This document shows positions 1 through 11,500 of a stretch of DNA of 64,000 bases, piece after piece. How positions within the stretch are numbered: the first letter of the stretch is position 1; each line of letters starts with the position of its first letter. The notes beneath the pieces are model-generated. The model saw only the letters and a program-made list of their open reading frames with translations, was not told the origin of the DNA and searched no databases. The position numbers and the translations under genes are program-made. Source of the stretch: Bilabrum cf. latius (lineage: Eukaryota). The stretch spans positions 1,488,001 to 1,552,000 of the forward strand of contig OZ237736.1 in NCBI GenBank assembly GCA_965178125.1. The letters run 5' to 3'.

Positions 1-929
1 TGCCCTCCGTGTCAGCTCCTGCTGCTTCTTGATGGCCTCTCGCTTACGGCGCCACTCCTCCTTCTTGGCCTCGGCCGCCGCGCGAGCAGCTGCCTTCGCC
101 TCGCGCTCCATCACCGCCTGCAGCTCCCTCTCCTTCTCCTCCTCGCGCCGGCGCCTCCGCTCCTCTGCGGCCTCCCGCTCCCTGATTGCCCGCGCGGCCC
201 TCTCTTTCCTCTGCCTCTCCAGGGCCTCCTGCCTCTGCCTCGTGCGCTGCGCCTGCTGCTCCATGCGGCCCCCGATGGCGGCCATCTGCACCTCGTGCTC
301 CAGCATCCGGGCGATCTCGTCACGCTGGTGCTGGCGCATCTTCTCGAGGGCGTCCTGTTCCTTGCGGAGGGTGCTGTCTGCGGCTCCCACTGAGCTCCTG
401 CGCCTGCCGCTGCCCCTGCCAGCTCCGATCTGCAGGACGACGAGGTCTTTCGCACCAGACGCGATTATCGCATCGCGCGCCTGGATCACGGCTTGCAGCC
501 TCTCTGCGAGCTTGTGGGGAACATTGGGGCAGTGCAACATGCATGGGGTGCTTCGAGCGGCAGGGCCGAGTCGGGTGCCGCTGCGGCTTGCAACATACCT
601 CTTCTCCTCGCTTCGAACCGCTCGAACCGCTCTCGCTGCACGTCAGAGTCCTAACCGACCTCTCTAAATGCATCATAGTCGCGGAACACTAGCTCGTCGG
701 GATCTACACCGTGTCGCAGGCAGGCTTCAAGAGAGCGTGGCGACGTGAGCGGGGGTCTAACCGACCCGCGCTCGTCGAAAGAGTCCAACGAAATGCCCCC
801 ATCGGCTTCACTCTTTGGAACAATCCGTAATACCGGCAAATCACTGCCAGCTCCGCCGGCGGCAGGTCCAGAGCCGCCAAGCCTCTTCCTAGACTTTTTT
901 GCCGACTTTGATTTCGGTGATCGAGGCAT
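1..929 (-). CDS. Coiled-coil protein, 3' end outside window; TSPRSLEAC..GVDP N-terminal motif followed by E/R/K-rich coiled coil
   Basis: ATG at 929; in-frame TAG at 653-651 read as Gln. A 95-nt GT-AG intron (598-504, AG|GTATGT...CTCGCAG) joins exon 1 to the ERLQAVIQARD..EEEKERELQ frame, which is open to the window edge. Confidence 0.65.
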
Positions 930-1260
930 ACTAGCGCAATTTTTCCGACTCAATACCTTCAAACCTAATTATGAGAGGGAAGGGTTATCGCGAAGAGCCC
1001 CGCTACGGTGTTTGGCTTGCAGTATACGGGGTGGAAGAAGCCCGAGCCGTTCAGTGCAATGTTGCGAGTACTTTTGGTCCGGATCCGGAAATAGAATTCA
1101 AACCGCCCGGTGGGCTTTATGCGGTAATTTGTCTGTACTATAGAAGAGTAGGGCAAGTCTGCAATACATTTTCGCAATATCGTGACTGTGCCGAGTTGTA
1201 GCACGCTCAATTAACGATCTGCATCAACTCTGTGACCTGCGGCGGCCCCACCATCGAGCG

Positions 1261-3441
1261 ATGCCGGTCCTCAGTCGTCCGATGCAGCTGCTGACATTCG
1301 TGGGAGGCCTCTCGCTCACGGCCGTTGCGATCCGGTAGTTTGGCCGTGGAGTTGCTAGGCATGCGCGGACGGTTGGCTTGCATGGCAGGGATGCGCGAGA
1401 CGCTGAAGACGACGAATCTTCGTCGGCCCAGCAAGGCGCCGGATCGTAGGCCCCGGGCAGCCGACGAACGCGGCGTAGGGGCCTGGCAGGTATTGCTAGG
1501 ATTGTTAAGATTTGTTGTCCCAACGGGATCGCATCGATAGAAGGTTTCTGGGCAGTGCTGTCGGCCGTGCTGATGCTCGTTCGAACGCAGGCAGACCTGC
1601 TCTCGATCAACAAGCAGACCGAGATTGAGCTTGCCATCATCCAGAAACGTGTCCGGTCCTTCGAGTCCCTCCTCGTGGAGGTCGCGCTGATCGCCATCCC
1701 GGTGAGCGCGGCAAACGCCATGATGCGGTACGCCCTGAAGCAGCTCGAGCACCGCCTGCAGCTCAACCTCACGGCCCACCTCGTCAGGAGGTGCACGGAG
1801 GAGAAGGTCCTGTACCGCCTCACACGGGTGGACGACCGCCTGCGGGAGGGCCCCCAGCACACCATCTCCGAGGACGCGGCCGAGTTCGCGCGCGTGCTCG
1901 TGGAGCTCTACCGCCGCGTGGTGTCCTCCCTCACCAACATCGCCATCTACTGCTACCGTCTCGGGCAGTCGATCGGCGTGGGCGCTCCCGCGGCGCTCAG
2001 CGGGTTCTTGCTTGCCTGCGGCGCCGCGCTCAACTGGCTGCGTCGGCCGGGCAGCGACGTGATGGCGGAGCGCAAGCGGCTGCAAGGGGAGCTCCAGCAC
2101 GTGGTGAGCAGGCTCTCGAGCGCGGCGGAGGAAGTGAGCTTCTACAGGGGGGAGGGGGCGGAGAGGGGGACGCTGCTGGGCGCGCTGAGCAGGCTGGTGG
2201 GGCTGCAGCAGCTGGGCAGCGGGTTCGAGCAGCTGGTGCACTTCTTGGAGACGATGCTCACGAAGCGAGTGGCGGCCATGGTCGGCTTCGTGGCGATGGC
2301 GAGGGCTTTCTTCCACTACTGGCCGGGCATGACGCAGGGAGAGGCCAGCGCGGGGGGCCCGGGGGCTGCACGCAGGGGCGGCGGCACGGCAGAGGGCAAG
2401 GCCGTGCAGGAGTACTACCGCTCGGGCCGGCTGATGGTGAACACCGCAGAGAGCGTGGGTCGGCTGGTGCTGGCCACGCGGGAGCTGTCCAAGCTGGGGG
2501 CCATGGAGGGGCGCATCGCCAGGCTGCTGGACGTGGTGGCTGACCTGCAGCAGGGGCACTACGAGCGGCCCATGGTGGGGGAGGCCAGGGACCAGGGGGG
2601 CAAGGGGGAGGGCAAGGGAAGCGGGGCGGCGGCAGCGCAGGCCGGCGCCGGGGGCGAGACCGTGCAACGCATCCCTTTCGTGCGTGGCACGGTGCAGGAG
2701 GCAGACGGCATCATCAAGTTCGACAAGGTGCCGGTGGTGACCCCGAACGGAGACGTGCTGGTGCGGTCACTGAGCTTCGAGGTGAGGCAGGGCCAGAACA
2801 CCATGCTCGTGGGGCCCAACGGGTGCGGCAAATCCAGCCTGTTCAGGATCCTCGCGGGCCTCTGGCCCCTGGCGGGTGGCTCCGTGACCCGCCCTCGGGC
2901 GAGCAAGCTCTTCTACATCCCGCAGAAGCCCTACCTCAGCATCGGCACACTCAGGGAACAGGTCGTGTACCCCGACAAGGCGGACGCAGGCGGCTCGCAG
3001 GACGCCGCCATCATGGCCCTCCTGGAGCAGGTGCAGCTGGGAGCCATGGTGCAGCAGAAGGGGGGACTCGGAGCCGTAAGGAACTGGGACTCGGAGTGCA
3101 GCGGGGGGCAGAAGCAGAGGCTGGCCATCGCGCGGCTGCTCCACCACCGGCCCGCTTTTGCGGTGCTGGACGAGTGCACGGCCTCTGTCTCGCAGGACGT
3201 GGAGGACGCGCTGTACCAGACGGCCGCATCCATGGGCATGAGCCTGTTCACGATCTCGCACAGCAAGGAGGTGTGGAAGCACCACTCGCACGTGCTGCGG
3301 TTCGACGGCAGAGGGGGGTACCAGTTCCGGGAGCTGTCGGACAGGGAGAGGGCGGGAGGCGGGGGCGCCTTTGGAGACGAGGACGGGGAGGCCGCGAGCG
3401 TGGGTGCTAGCGATGGGGAGCAAGAGGAGGGTGTGGAGTAA
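1261..3441 (+). CDS. ABC transporter subfamily D (peroxisomal-type half transporter)
   Basis: TM domain with EAA-like motif (AEEVSFYRG), Walker A GPNGCGKS, YIPQKPY, signature SGGQKQR, Walker B AVLDECT. Reading TAG at 1336 and 1447 as Gln extends the ORF to ATG 1261; ends TAA. Confidence 0.92.
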
Positions 3442-3577
3442 TGTGTGTTGCCCTGTGGAACGATGAGAGCGCACGTGGCGAAATGTGATCTGCCAACTTG
3501 AAGATGAAGACACATGGCACCCTGGATGCGACGGGCGTTCACGCAAACGACCCCAACTGCGGAGGCGAGTGCGACAA

Positions 3578-5692
3578 ATGTCGTTCCATGGAAAGGATCC
3601 CACCGTGACAGATAGGATATCGTGCGCCTCCGTTCGCTTGTGGCGTGGCGTACTTCCTGCGATGGCCATCGCTAGCTTCTACGCCGTCGCGCTTGGCATT
3701 CGGTCGACGCTGTCGTTCCCGTACTTGCAGACTCTTGTTGATTGCGATGCCCCTACTGAGGTTCCACGATCTTCGCCCGATTGGCCCGGGTCGGCTAATT
3801 GCAACGACACAGACACGGTGGTGGGAGAGGCGCAGGTTCTGCGAGGGTTCTGCTCCGCCTCTGACCTGACAATCTAGTTCGTGGCCACTCCGATTGTCGG
3901 AAGAATAGCAGATTCATTTGGGCGCCGTCCAGTGGCGCTGTATTCCGCCATTGCGTTTGCGATCGCCGGCTTCGCTTTCATTGTCTCGGCGCTGTATGGA
4001 TCATTCGAGTGGTACTACCTGTCTTTCATAACTTCGTCCTTCGGGGGATCGATGGGAATCATGATGTCGACGCAGCTCGTCGACTTTACGCACGACTTGG
4101 ATCAGCGAGCCGGAATGGTCGGGGGCTACACAAGCCTGAGCCTGGCGCTTGGCCTTGCGAGCACAGCTGCAATCGCAGCATTCTTTGTCGAGGGGAACCC
4201 GACAGACTACACTTTGATGACATTTGTTCTATTCGTAGCATCGCTGTCGATCATGGTGCTCACTTATTTTACCTGGCCCGAGTCGCTCGTGGTTCGAAGC
4301 GAGCGTTGCTGCTGCTGCTGCTGCCTCCCGTGCGGCATGTGCGGGCCCCAGGGCTGCCTCGCCAACTGCCGCACGCACTGGCAACCGAAAGATTTCGGGC
4401 ACCTCACCGATGCGTCCGCTCGCGCGGCGCACGGAAGCTCGGAGAAGCTGGACGTGGGGGGCGCAGGGGACGCGGATAGGGAAGCCACGCGCGCTTTGGC
4501 AGCGGCCATGGACACGGGAGGCATGGGGGGAGGGCCCAGGGCACACAGTAGGAGCCTCATCGACGTGGGCGTTGCGGATGCTCCGGGGCTCGCGGGGGAT
4601 GAGGGTGGTGTGGCGGGTGGGGGCGAGCAGGGGGGCGGAGCACCTGCTCGAGAGCTGAGCATGGCCGACTTGTCAGCTGCAGCGGGTGTGGACGGCGGCA
4701 CGGCGGGGCCAGCAGCAGCAGCAGCAGCAGCAGAGACTGCGAAAGGCGGCGCAAAGGAGGGAACAGAGCTGCGGGCGAGCACACCTTCTCCTGTTCCCCA
4801 GGGTGGGGGGCTCTCCTACGGGACCCAGGTGCAGGAGGAGGACACCCCCCCAGGGACTTACCTGCCCCCCAGCCGGCCGTGGAAGTGGTCCTTTCTGTGC
4901 CCGTGCAGCGGGTGCTCTTAGCTGAAGGATGACCCTTTCCTGCGGGCCATCTCGGTGGTGGTGTTCATGGTCATTTTCGCCTTCAGCTCGCTCATCACAC
5001 TGCAGGCACTCGTCATCGCAGAGTACCGCTGGTCGAACGCCCAGGCCATCTACTTTGGGCTGGCCGCTGGCGTCCTCCTGGCGGTGAGCCTCGTCAGCTC
5101 CTCCTGTCTGCTGCCTCGGCTGGGGGCCGTGAACGCGCTCAGGATTGGCTTCTCCCTGCTGCTGGCCGGGATCGCCCTCATCAGCGCGGCGCCGGTGGGA
5201 GCCGTGATGACCGTGGTGGGCGCGGTGGCCATGTGCGCCGCTGCCTTTGCGCTCCCCGCCTTCGCCGCGGTGGTGACCCACTCGGCCTCGGCGCAGAGAC
5301 AGGCGCAGACGCAGGCTCTGCTTGCCACGGTGGCTCTGCTCCCCGCGGCCGTGGGCGCCATCCTGTTCAGCCTCATGTTCGACGCGGTGGACCATATCGG
5401 GGGGATCCTCTCGGTGCCCTTCCTGACCGGGACTGGGATCATGGTCCTGGCCCTCGTGCTCGCGGAGCTGTGGGTGGTCAGGGGGTTTCCCGAGAAACTG
5501 GCCGCCGCGGAGAGGGCAGTGGCCAGGGCCGCCAAGGCGCAGTCGGGCGGGCCGGCCGGTGGCGGCGAGACAGGCGCCGGGTCCTACGACCCCAAGGAGG
5601 CCCAGCGAGGGGGGCACTGGGATGCCGGCCAGGATGCGTCGGGCAGCGAACAGCCTTTCGAGGAAGACGACGAGCCGTACGCAGATGTGTGA
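3578..5692 (+). CDS. MFS transporter (TetA/SLC46-like) with long low-complexity central loop
   Basis: MFS motif A (GRIADSFGRRP) and two hydrophobic helix bundles. Track ORFs 3485-3877, 3881-4921 and 4955-5692 share one frame and are separated only by TAG (3875, 4919); ends TGA. Start ATG 3578 inferred. Confidence 0.85.
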
Positions 5693-6009
5693 GTCGGTAT
5701 TACTTTCACACTGGGTGCTGACCCCGTTGCACTCTTATCATCTATCTCTTGATATTCAATGGTGCCGCAACATACACCGCTGAGTGGTCCTCGGCAAGTA
5801 GAGGATCGAGTAGAGTCAGTTGTAAACGAGCAAAATACGCTGCGGCTGGCGCTTTTGCCCGGCGAGCGGGCAATTTGGTCGGCCCCGAGCACTTATTCGG
5901 AGCGCGCGATTTGGAGCGTTCTCTTCACAATTGCTAGTGTCAACTACTTCTTTATGCTCTTTACGTGGATTTCGCCCGTCTCGACGCGACAGCCAGCGCA
6001 CGCAGGGGC

Positions 6010-6120
6010 GAGAAAGCCGGAAGGATCGGATCCGATTTGTTGGTTCCGCTTCGCGGCGCGGCGTGCCAGTGGCGAGTGTGCAGTAGATGACCGGGTCCTG
6101 GCCAGCCTTCCGGCTTTCTC
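6010..6120. repeat. 15-bp perfect inverted repeat (GAGAAAGCCGGAAGG / CCTTCCGGCTTTCTC) with an adjacent 12-bp palindrome
   Basis: Arms at 6010-6024 and 6106-6120; palindrome ATCGGATCCGAT at 6025-6036. Confidence 0.8.
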
Positions 6121-6350
6121 ACTCCTCTTTAACTCGATTTCAACTTATTCCGTCTTTGAAGTCTCTACCTTGGCGTTGGCATTTGACTTGTTCGAGAGAA
6201 GTTCTAAAACCAGGTTGGGCGAAATAGACTAGGTCGTTTCCCCCCAGCTCGTTCTGTTTGTCAGTCGCTGGTTTTCATTCTGCAGCCGCCAACCAGTTGG
6301 CCTGATACATAAACAAGTCACAAACGTGGAGCATCGACTGCCTAGTAGCC

Positions 6351-7946
6351 ATGGCTAAAGCCGGTCCAAGCTCCGAGGAGGTGATCGACCTTGTTCACAG
6401 CGACTTCAGCGAGAGCGACGCGTGCGAAAGTGATGTCGAAGCCCCCGACAGATGCTTCGGCAGAAGTGCAGGAACAAGACAAAGAACTCGCAGTAGCAGG
6501 CATGGAAACCGTAGTGTGTATTCGAACGGCAGGGCACGGTATACAAGTCGCGACCGGTCTGGTAGGTCTAGTCCCGTGTCCACTGTGGCGTCAGGTTCAT
6601 CCAGCAGCAGCACAGTATCGTAGCAGGTGGTGCAGCCATCGATCGAGGCAAGCTCAGGCGCAGCTGCAGGCGGCAGCAGCAGCGCCTCTCTGGGGCAGAA
6701 ACGCGGCAGGCAGACAGTTTCGTGTGTGGAGGCATCTGACGTCTCCTCGGATGGGAGGGCGAAGAGGCGGCGGTAGGAAGCAGCTGGAGGTGTCTCAGCT
6801 GACAGATATGAGTGCGAGGACTGCGGGAAAGTGCTGAGCAGCATGGCCAGCTTGAGGAAGCACATGTCCACTGTGCATCTGGGCGAGCGCAAGCACGAGT
6901 GCAGTGTGTGCGGCAAGGCATTCGGGCAGGCAGGCTCACTCAGGACGCACATGTCCACTGTGCATCTGGGCGAGCGCAAGCACGAGTGCAGTGTGTGCGG
7001 CAAGGCATTCGGGCAGGCAGGCTCACTCAGGACGCACATGTCCACTGTGCATCTGGGCGAGCGCAAGCACGAGTGCAGTGTGTGCGGCAAGGCATTCGGT
7101 GTGGCAGGCTCACTCAGGAGACACATGTCCACTGTGCATCTGGGCGAGCGCAAGCACGAGTGCAGTGTGTGCGGCAAGGCATTCGGGGAGGCAGGCTCAC
7201 TCAGGACGCACATGTCCACTGTGCATCTGGGCGAGCGCAAGCACGAGTGCAGTGTGTGCGGGAAGGCATTCGGGGAGGCAGGCTCACTCAGGACGCACAT
7301 GTCCACTGTGCATCTGGGCGAGCGCAAGCACGAGTGCAGTGTGTGCGGCAAGGCATTCGGGCAGGCAGGCTCACTCAGGACGCACATGTCCACTGTGCAT
7401 CTGGGCGAGCGCAAGCACGAGTGCAGTGTGTGCGGCAAGGCATTCGGGCAGGCAGGCTCACTCAGGACGCACATGTCCACCGTGCATCTCGGGGAGCGCA
7501 AGCACGAGTGCAGTGTGTGCGGCAAGGCATTCGGTGTGGCAGGCTCACTCAGGACGCACATGTCCACTGTGCATCTGGGCGAGCGCAAGCACGAGTGCAG
7601 TGTGTGCGGGAAGGCATTCGGGGAGGCAGGCTCACTCAGGACGCACATGTCCACTGTGCATCTGGGCGAGCGCAAGCACGAGTGCAGTGTGTGCGGCAAG
7701 GCATTCGGGCAGGCAGGCCATCTCAGGACGCACATGTCCACCGTGCATCTGGGCGAGCGCAAGCACGAGTGCAGTGTGTGCGGCAAGGCATTCGGGGAGG
7801 CAGGCTCACTCAGGAGACACATGTCCACTGTGCATCTGGGCGAGCGCAAGCACGAGTGCAGTGTGTGCGGGAAGGCATTCGGGGAGGCAGGCTCACTCAG
7901 GACGCACATGTCCACTGTGCATCTGGGCTAGCGTAAGCACGAATGA
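6351..7946 (+). CDS. Tandem C2H2 zinc-finger protein A (13 fingers) with N-terminal SIM-like motif and basic NLS-like patch
   Basis: Single frame from ATG 6351 to TGA 7944-7946 with three TAGs (6621, ~6774, 7929). One divergent finger (YECEDCGKVLSSMASLRKHMSTVH) plus 12 near-identical 29-aa C-x2-C-x12-H-x4-H units. Confidence 0.93.
6860..7943 (+). repeat. 87-bp coding minisatellite, ~12.5 copies (ZF array A)
   Basis: Unit CACATGTCCACTGTGCATCTGGGCGAGCGCAAGCACGAGTGCAGTGTGTGCGGCAAGGCATTCGGG(C/G)AGGCAGGCTCACTCAGGACG repeated almost identically. Confidence 0.97.
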
Positions 7947-8082
7947 AATATCCGGGGTCGCTTCCGCGCATGTGATGATGCACCTTTCCAGCATCAGCTC
8001 CTTTTAAAGTCTATCTTGAAATCCAGGATGGGCTCCTGGCCGCTGTGCATCCGGATTCCGGAATCCGTAAATCCGCTCCGAG

Positions 8083-8578
8083 CCAGATGTCCCGCACATA
8101 CCCCCCCTGCTCCATCATGCTCCACAAAGCGCGCTGAGACCCACCCATGCCCGGTAGAGCCTTCACGATCGCCTGCAGCACGTCGGAGGCCCGGCCCCCG
8201 CTGTCATCTGCCCGCACCGCCGCCTCCACCATGGCCTCCCCGCCCGCCAGCACCGCTATCAGGCCCTGCTACACATCCCGCGCCGTCGCCGCACACGTAC
8301 ACGCCCTCCTTCACGATGAGCTGCCTGAGCCTGTCAGCCACCTGAGGCTCCAGCATGCGATTCCACACGTACGTCCTGGCTCCCTCCACCACGTGCTGAA
8401 CGTTATCGTCATCATCGTGCCTCCGGTCCTGCGCCGGCTCGCCACCGCGGCCATCCTGACAAAAGGGCACGCCGCGGGTCGCAGCCCACGGCCGCAGCAG
8501 CCCACGATCCGCCCGGACCGGCACACACACGAAACGAAGCAATAACTCACGAAAATCCCGTGCACGCCTATACCACAC
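8083..8578 (-). pseudogene. Degenerate C-terminal fragment of a diflavin reductase (cytochrome P450 reductase/methionine synthase reductase family NADP-binding domain)
   Basis: Motifs RRARDFRELL, TYVWNRM..LRQLIVKEGVYVCGDGAG (frame of ORF 8204-8578) and MMEQGGYVRDIW (frame of ORF 8011-8253) lie in different frames. No FMN/FAD domains and no ATG; abuts the stop of the upstream gene. Confidence 0.6.
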
Positions 8579-8584
8579 AACCCC

Positions 8585-11500
8585 TCATTTTCGCCTCGAG
8601 CGCCGCTGCTTGCGCGAAGACCTCCCCTTGGACCCCGCGCCATCCGAACTGGCTGCAGGCTGGCTGCCAGCAGCCTCAGGCTGCTGCTCCATCGCCGCCC
8701 CTCTCGTGCTTGCCGGGGACAGCAGCATGCCCCCGCTGGATGAGCTCCTCGGAGGAGGAGGCCCCAGGCTAGACGCCGCGTCGCCGTCCTCCATCGACAG
8801 CGAAGCGGCGCTACTGCCCCGCGGGACGCGGTCCGAGACGCCGCTGCCCCCTCCCCTAGACCCAGGCCCTCTGGCCCCGCCCTGGCCCTGGCCCTCGCCC
8901 TCGCCGCCCCCCACGGGGAGCGCCAAGGTGCTGGACCCCTACCCGAGGCCCGCCCCGATGCTGCTTCCCTCCCTACCCAGCTCCATCGAGCTCGTGGACC
9001 GGGAGCCCGCGTGCCGCAAGCCCCCCGCGCCGGCCCCCCTCCGTGCCCCAGGCCTCTCGGCGGGCATGCGGGCCCCTCCCTGGGAGCCCACCTCGAAGGC
9101 CACCTCGCTCTCGTAGCTCTCCAGCACCGGAGCCAGAGGCTCGGCGGCACCTATCCCGGCACCACCACCGCCACCGTGATTGCTGTTGGCACTCGCGTCG
9201 CTGCTCGCTGCCTGGCTTCCCTGGGGGAGACCCCCTGCCCTGTGCATGGGCCCGGGCTCGGTGGGCCGGTTGTCCACCTGCTGCGTGTTCCCTGAAGAAG
9301 GAGAGGCCAAGGCCGAGAAAGACCCACCGGCACTACCCGCGGTCTAGCTCCCCACCCCCTGCCCTCCGTCCCTGCCACCCTGTGCCATCGCCATGGCACC
9401 CGCACCAGCACCCGCACCCGTAAGGCCCATGCCGGACTCGGCCCCAGGAGCCCTCCGCACGGGCCCCAGGATACCCCCCTGGCCCTGGCCCAGGCTCGAC
9501 CGCCCAGGCCCGGTCCCAGGCCCCGACATGGACAGCGACAGGCTGCCAAGGCTGCGAGAACCCTCGCTACCGGACTGGGACTGCGACCGCCCCCCCGCTT
9601 CCACGCCTCGCTGCCGGGACCCGGAACTGGCCCTGGCAGCCGCACGGGCGATGGCACTCGCCCTGTCGGAGCCCTCAGAATCGCTCTCCAGGAGGTCCTG
9701 ACCCGAGTCTGACTCAGATGGGGTGCCCTCGTTCCCGTTCCCCTCCTCCTCCTCCTCACCCTCCAGCAGCGCGCCCTGCCTGGCCACCCCACCCCTCCTC
9801 CCGGTGAAGTCACTCCTACCCTACCCCCGCCCCGGGCTGCCGCTTGACAGGTCAAGCGCGGGCAGCTGCTGCTGCTGCTGCTGCTCGCCATCCGTGCCCT
9901 GCCGGACTGCGCTCCCAGGCAGCCGGCCCGCCCCTGCCGCCCTCGATTCCCATAGCGCCGGCTGTCGCAGCGGAGATGACTCGCTGCTGCGTCTCCTGGA
10001 AGAAGAAGAAGAAGAAGCAGAGCCAAAGGGCGCCTTTCGCAGGGAGCCCGTGCCACTTCCTTCCCCCCCCGCCGTCGTCGTCGTGCTCCCGATCCAGGAC
10101 CGGCCTGCAGCCCCACTCGTGCCCAGGCCCTGGCCCAGGCCCATCCCGACCGAGACCCCCGTGGACGAGCGTCTCCTGTTCGAGTTCCCCAGCAGGCGCT
10201 CCTTGGCCGGCTCCTTGGCCGGGGAGGCCCGCAGGAAGTACAGGACACCCGACGTGACGATGATCTCGTTGGTGAGGTAGATGATGAAGATCAGCAGCCA
10301 CCACCAGTCCCTCGGCACGGAGCGGTCGGTCGTCTGTGCGAACACCCAGGTCTGGTACATGAGAGTCACGCTGTGGGTGACCTGCCCGAAAATAATCACG
10401 ATGGCGACGCCCCAGATGCGGCAATACTTGTCAGCGCGCGCGTTCGTCTGCCGGAGCTCCTCCTCCAGCTCCTCCTGCTGCTGCTCGTAGGAGATCGCCG
10501 CGCCCGCGTCCCTCGCGCCCGCACCGCTCCCGCCGATGCTGCCGTACCTGACGCGCTGCAGCTTGGGGCCGGGTGACGCATTCGAGGAGCGTGACCGGCC
10601 CCTCGCACCATGCACCTGGTATCCGCTGCCGCGCCGACCGCCCTACCCCGCCCCTAGGGGCAGGTGCGTGGGTGCCGAGGCCGGCGCCACGCCCCCCTCG
10701 TCTTCGGCCAGCAGCTGCTGGGGATCGAAGGGTTCCGCAGGTGCCGGAGGCGCGGGGAGCAGCCTTTCTCCAGGTCCCCTGGGGCCCGCGGTCCACGTGT
10801 GGGGGACGGGGGGTGCCGCTGCCCCCCACCCTCCCAGGGGAGAACCCCCCCCATACGGGGCCACACCGAGCAACCGCCGCTCTCCCACCCTGCCCCCTCC
10901 CCCGCCGATGTCCTTTCTAGGGCTAAACCGCGCCCCCCCTGCTCCCGCTCCGGTCCTGGGGGAGGTCATGCGGCCGCCCGCGCCCATGCCCCTGCCGCCG
11001 GCCGAAGAGGCGCTCGCGAGGCGCCGCCGCTAACCCCCGTAGAATCCGCTCGTACCGCCACCGCCCCCGCCTGTAGTACTGCTACGTCTAACAGAGGCAG
11101 CAGCGGCCCCCGCCGAGGCCGACGTGGAAAACGGTCCCCGGACGACGGGGTCCAGTGCTTCACGTAGTCTCGTGAACACAACAACGAATAAGACGGCGGT
11201 GATGAGCGCCATGACGCAATCCACGATAGAATGTAGCATGATGACGAAGTAGAACGATGACCCGATGGCGACCAAGATTGTTATGACCATGGCAAGCAGG
11301 TAGATGCCAAGCCATCCGAATATGAGCCGCTGGGCTGTCGAGAGCTAGAACCACGGGTCCTGCGCCACGCTTCTCCAGGCCGCTACCCAGTAGTACATGA
11401 TTAGACCTAACATGCCGTAGAAAAGCATCTGCGCGCGCGAGCAGTGCACGGCATGGTACTGGTGCGAAGAAGGAAATAGTGGACAAATCACAGAATCGAT

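Noticed and set aside
5759-6232. 157-aa + strand ORF upstream of ZF gene A
   Set aside because: No recognisable motif, atypical codon usage; read-through would overlap the ZF start out of frame.
6395-7915. Long antisense and alternative-frame ORFs over the ZF arrays (also 17534-18730) and other long shadow ORFs such as 1207-2667, 52178-54103 and 59674-61221
   Set aside because: Expected by-products of tandem repeats and high GC; no recognisable domains.
6860-7943. CRISPR-like array
   Set aside because: Contiguous 87-bp units with no unique spacers; they encode C2H2 fingers; eukaryotic context.
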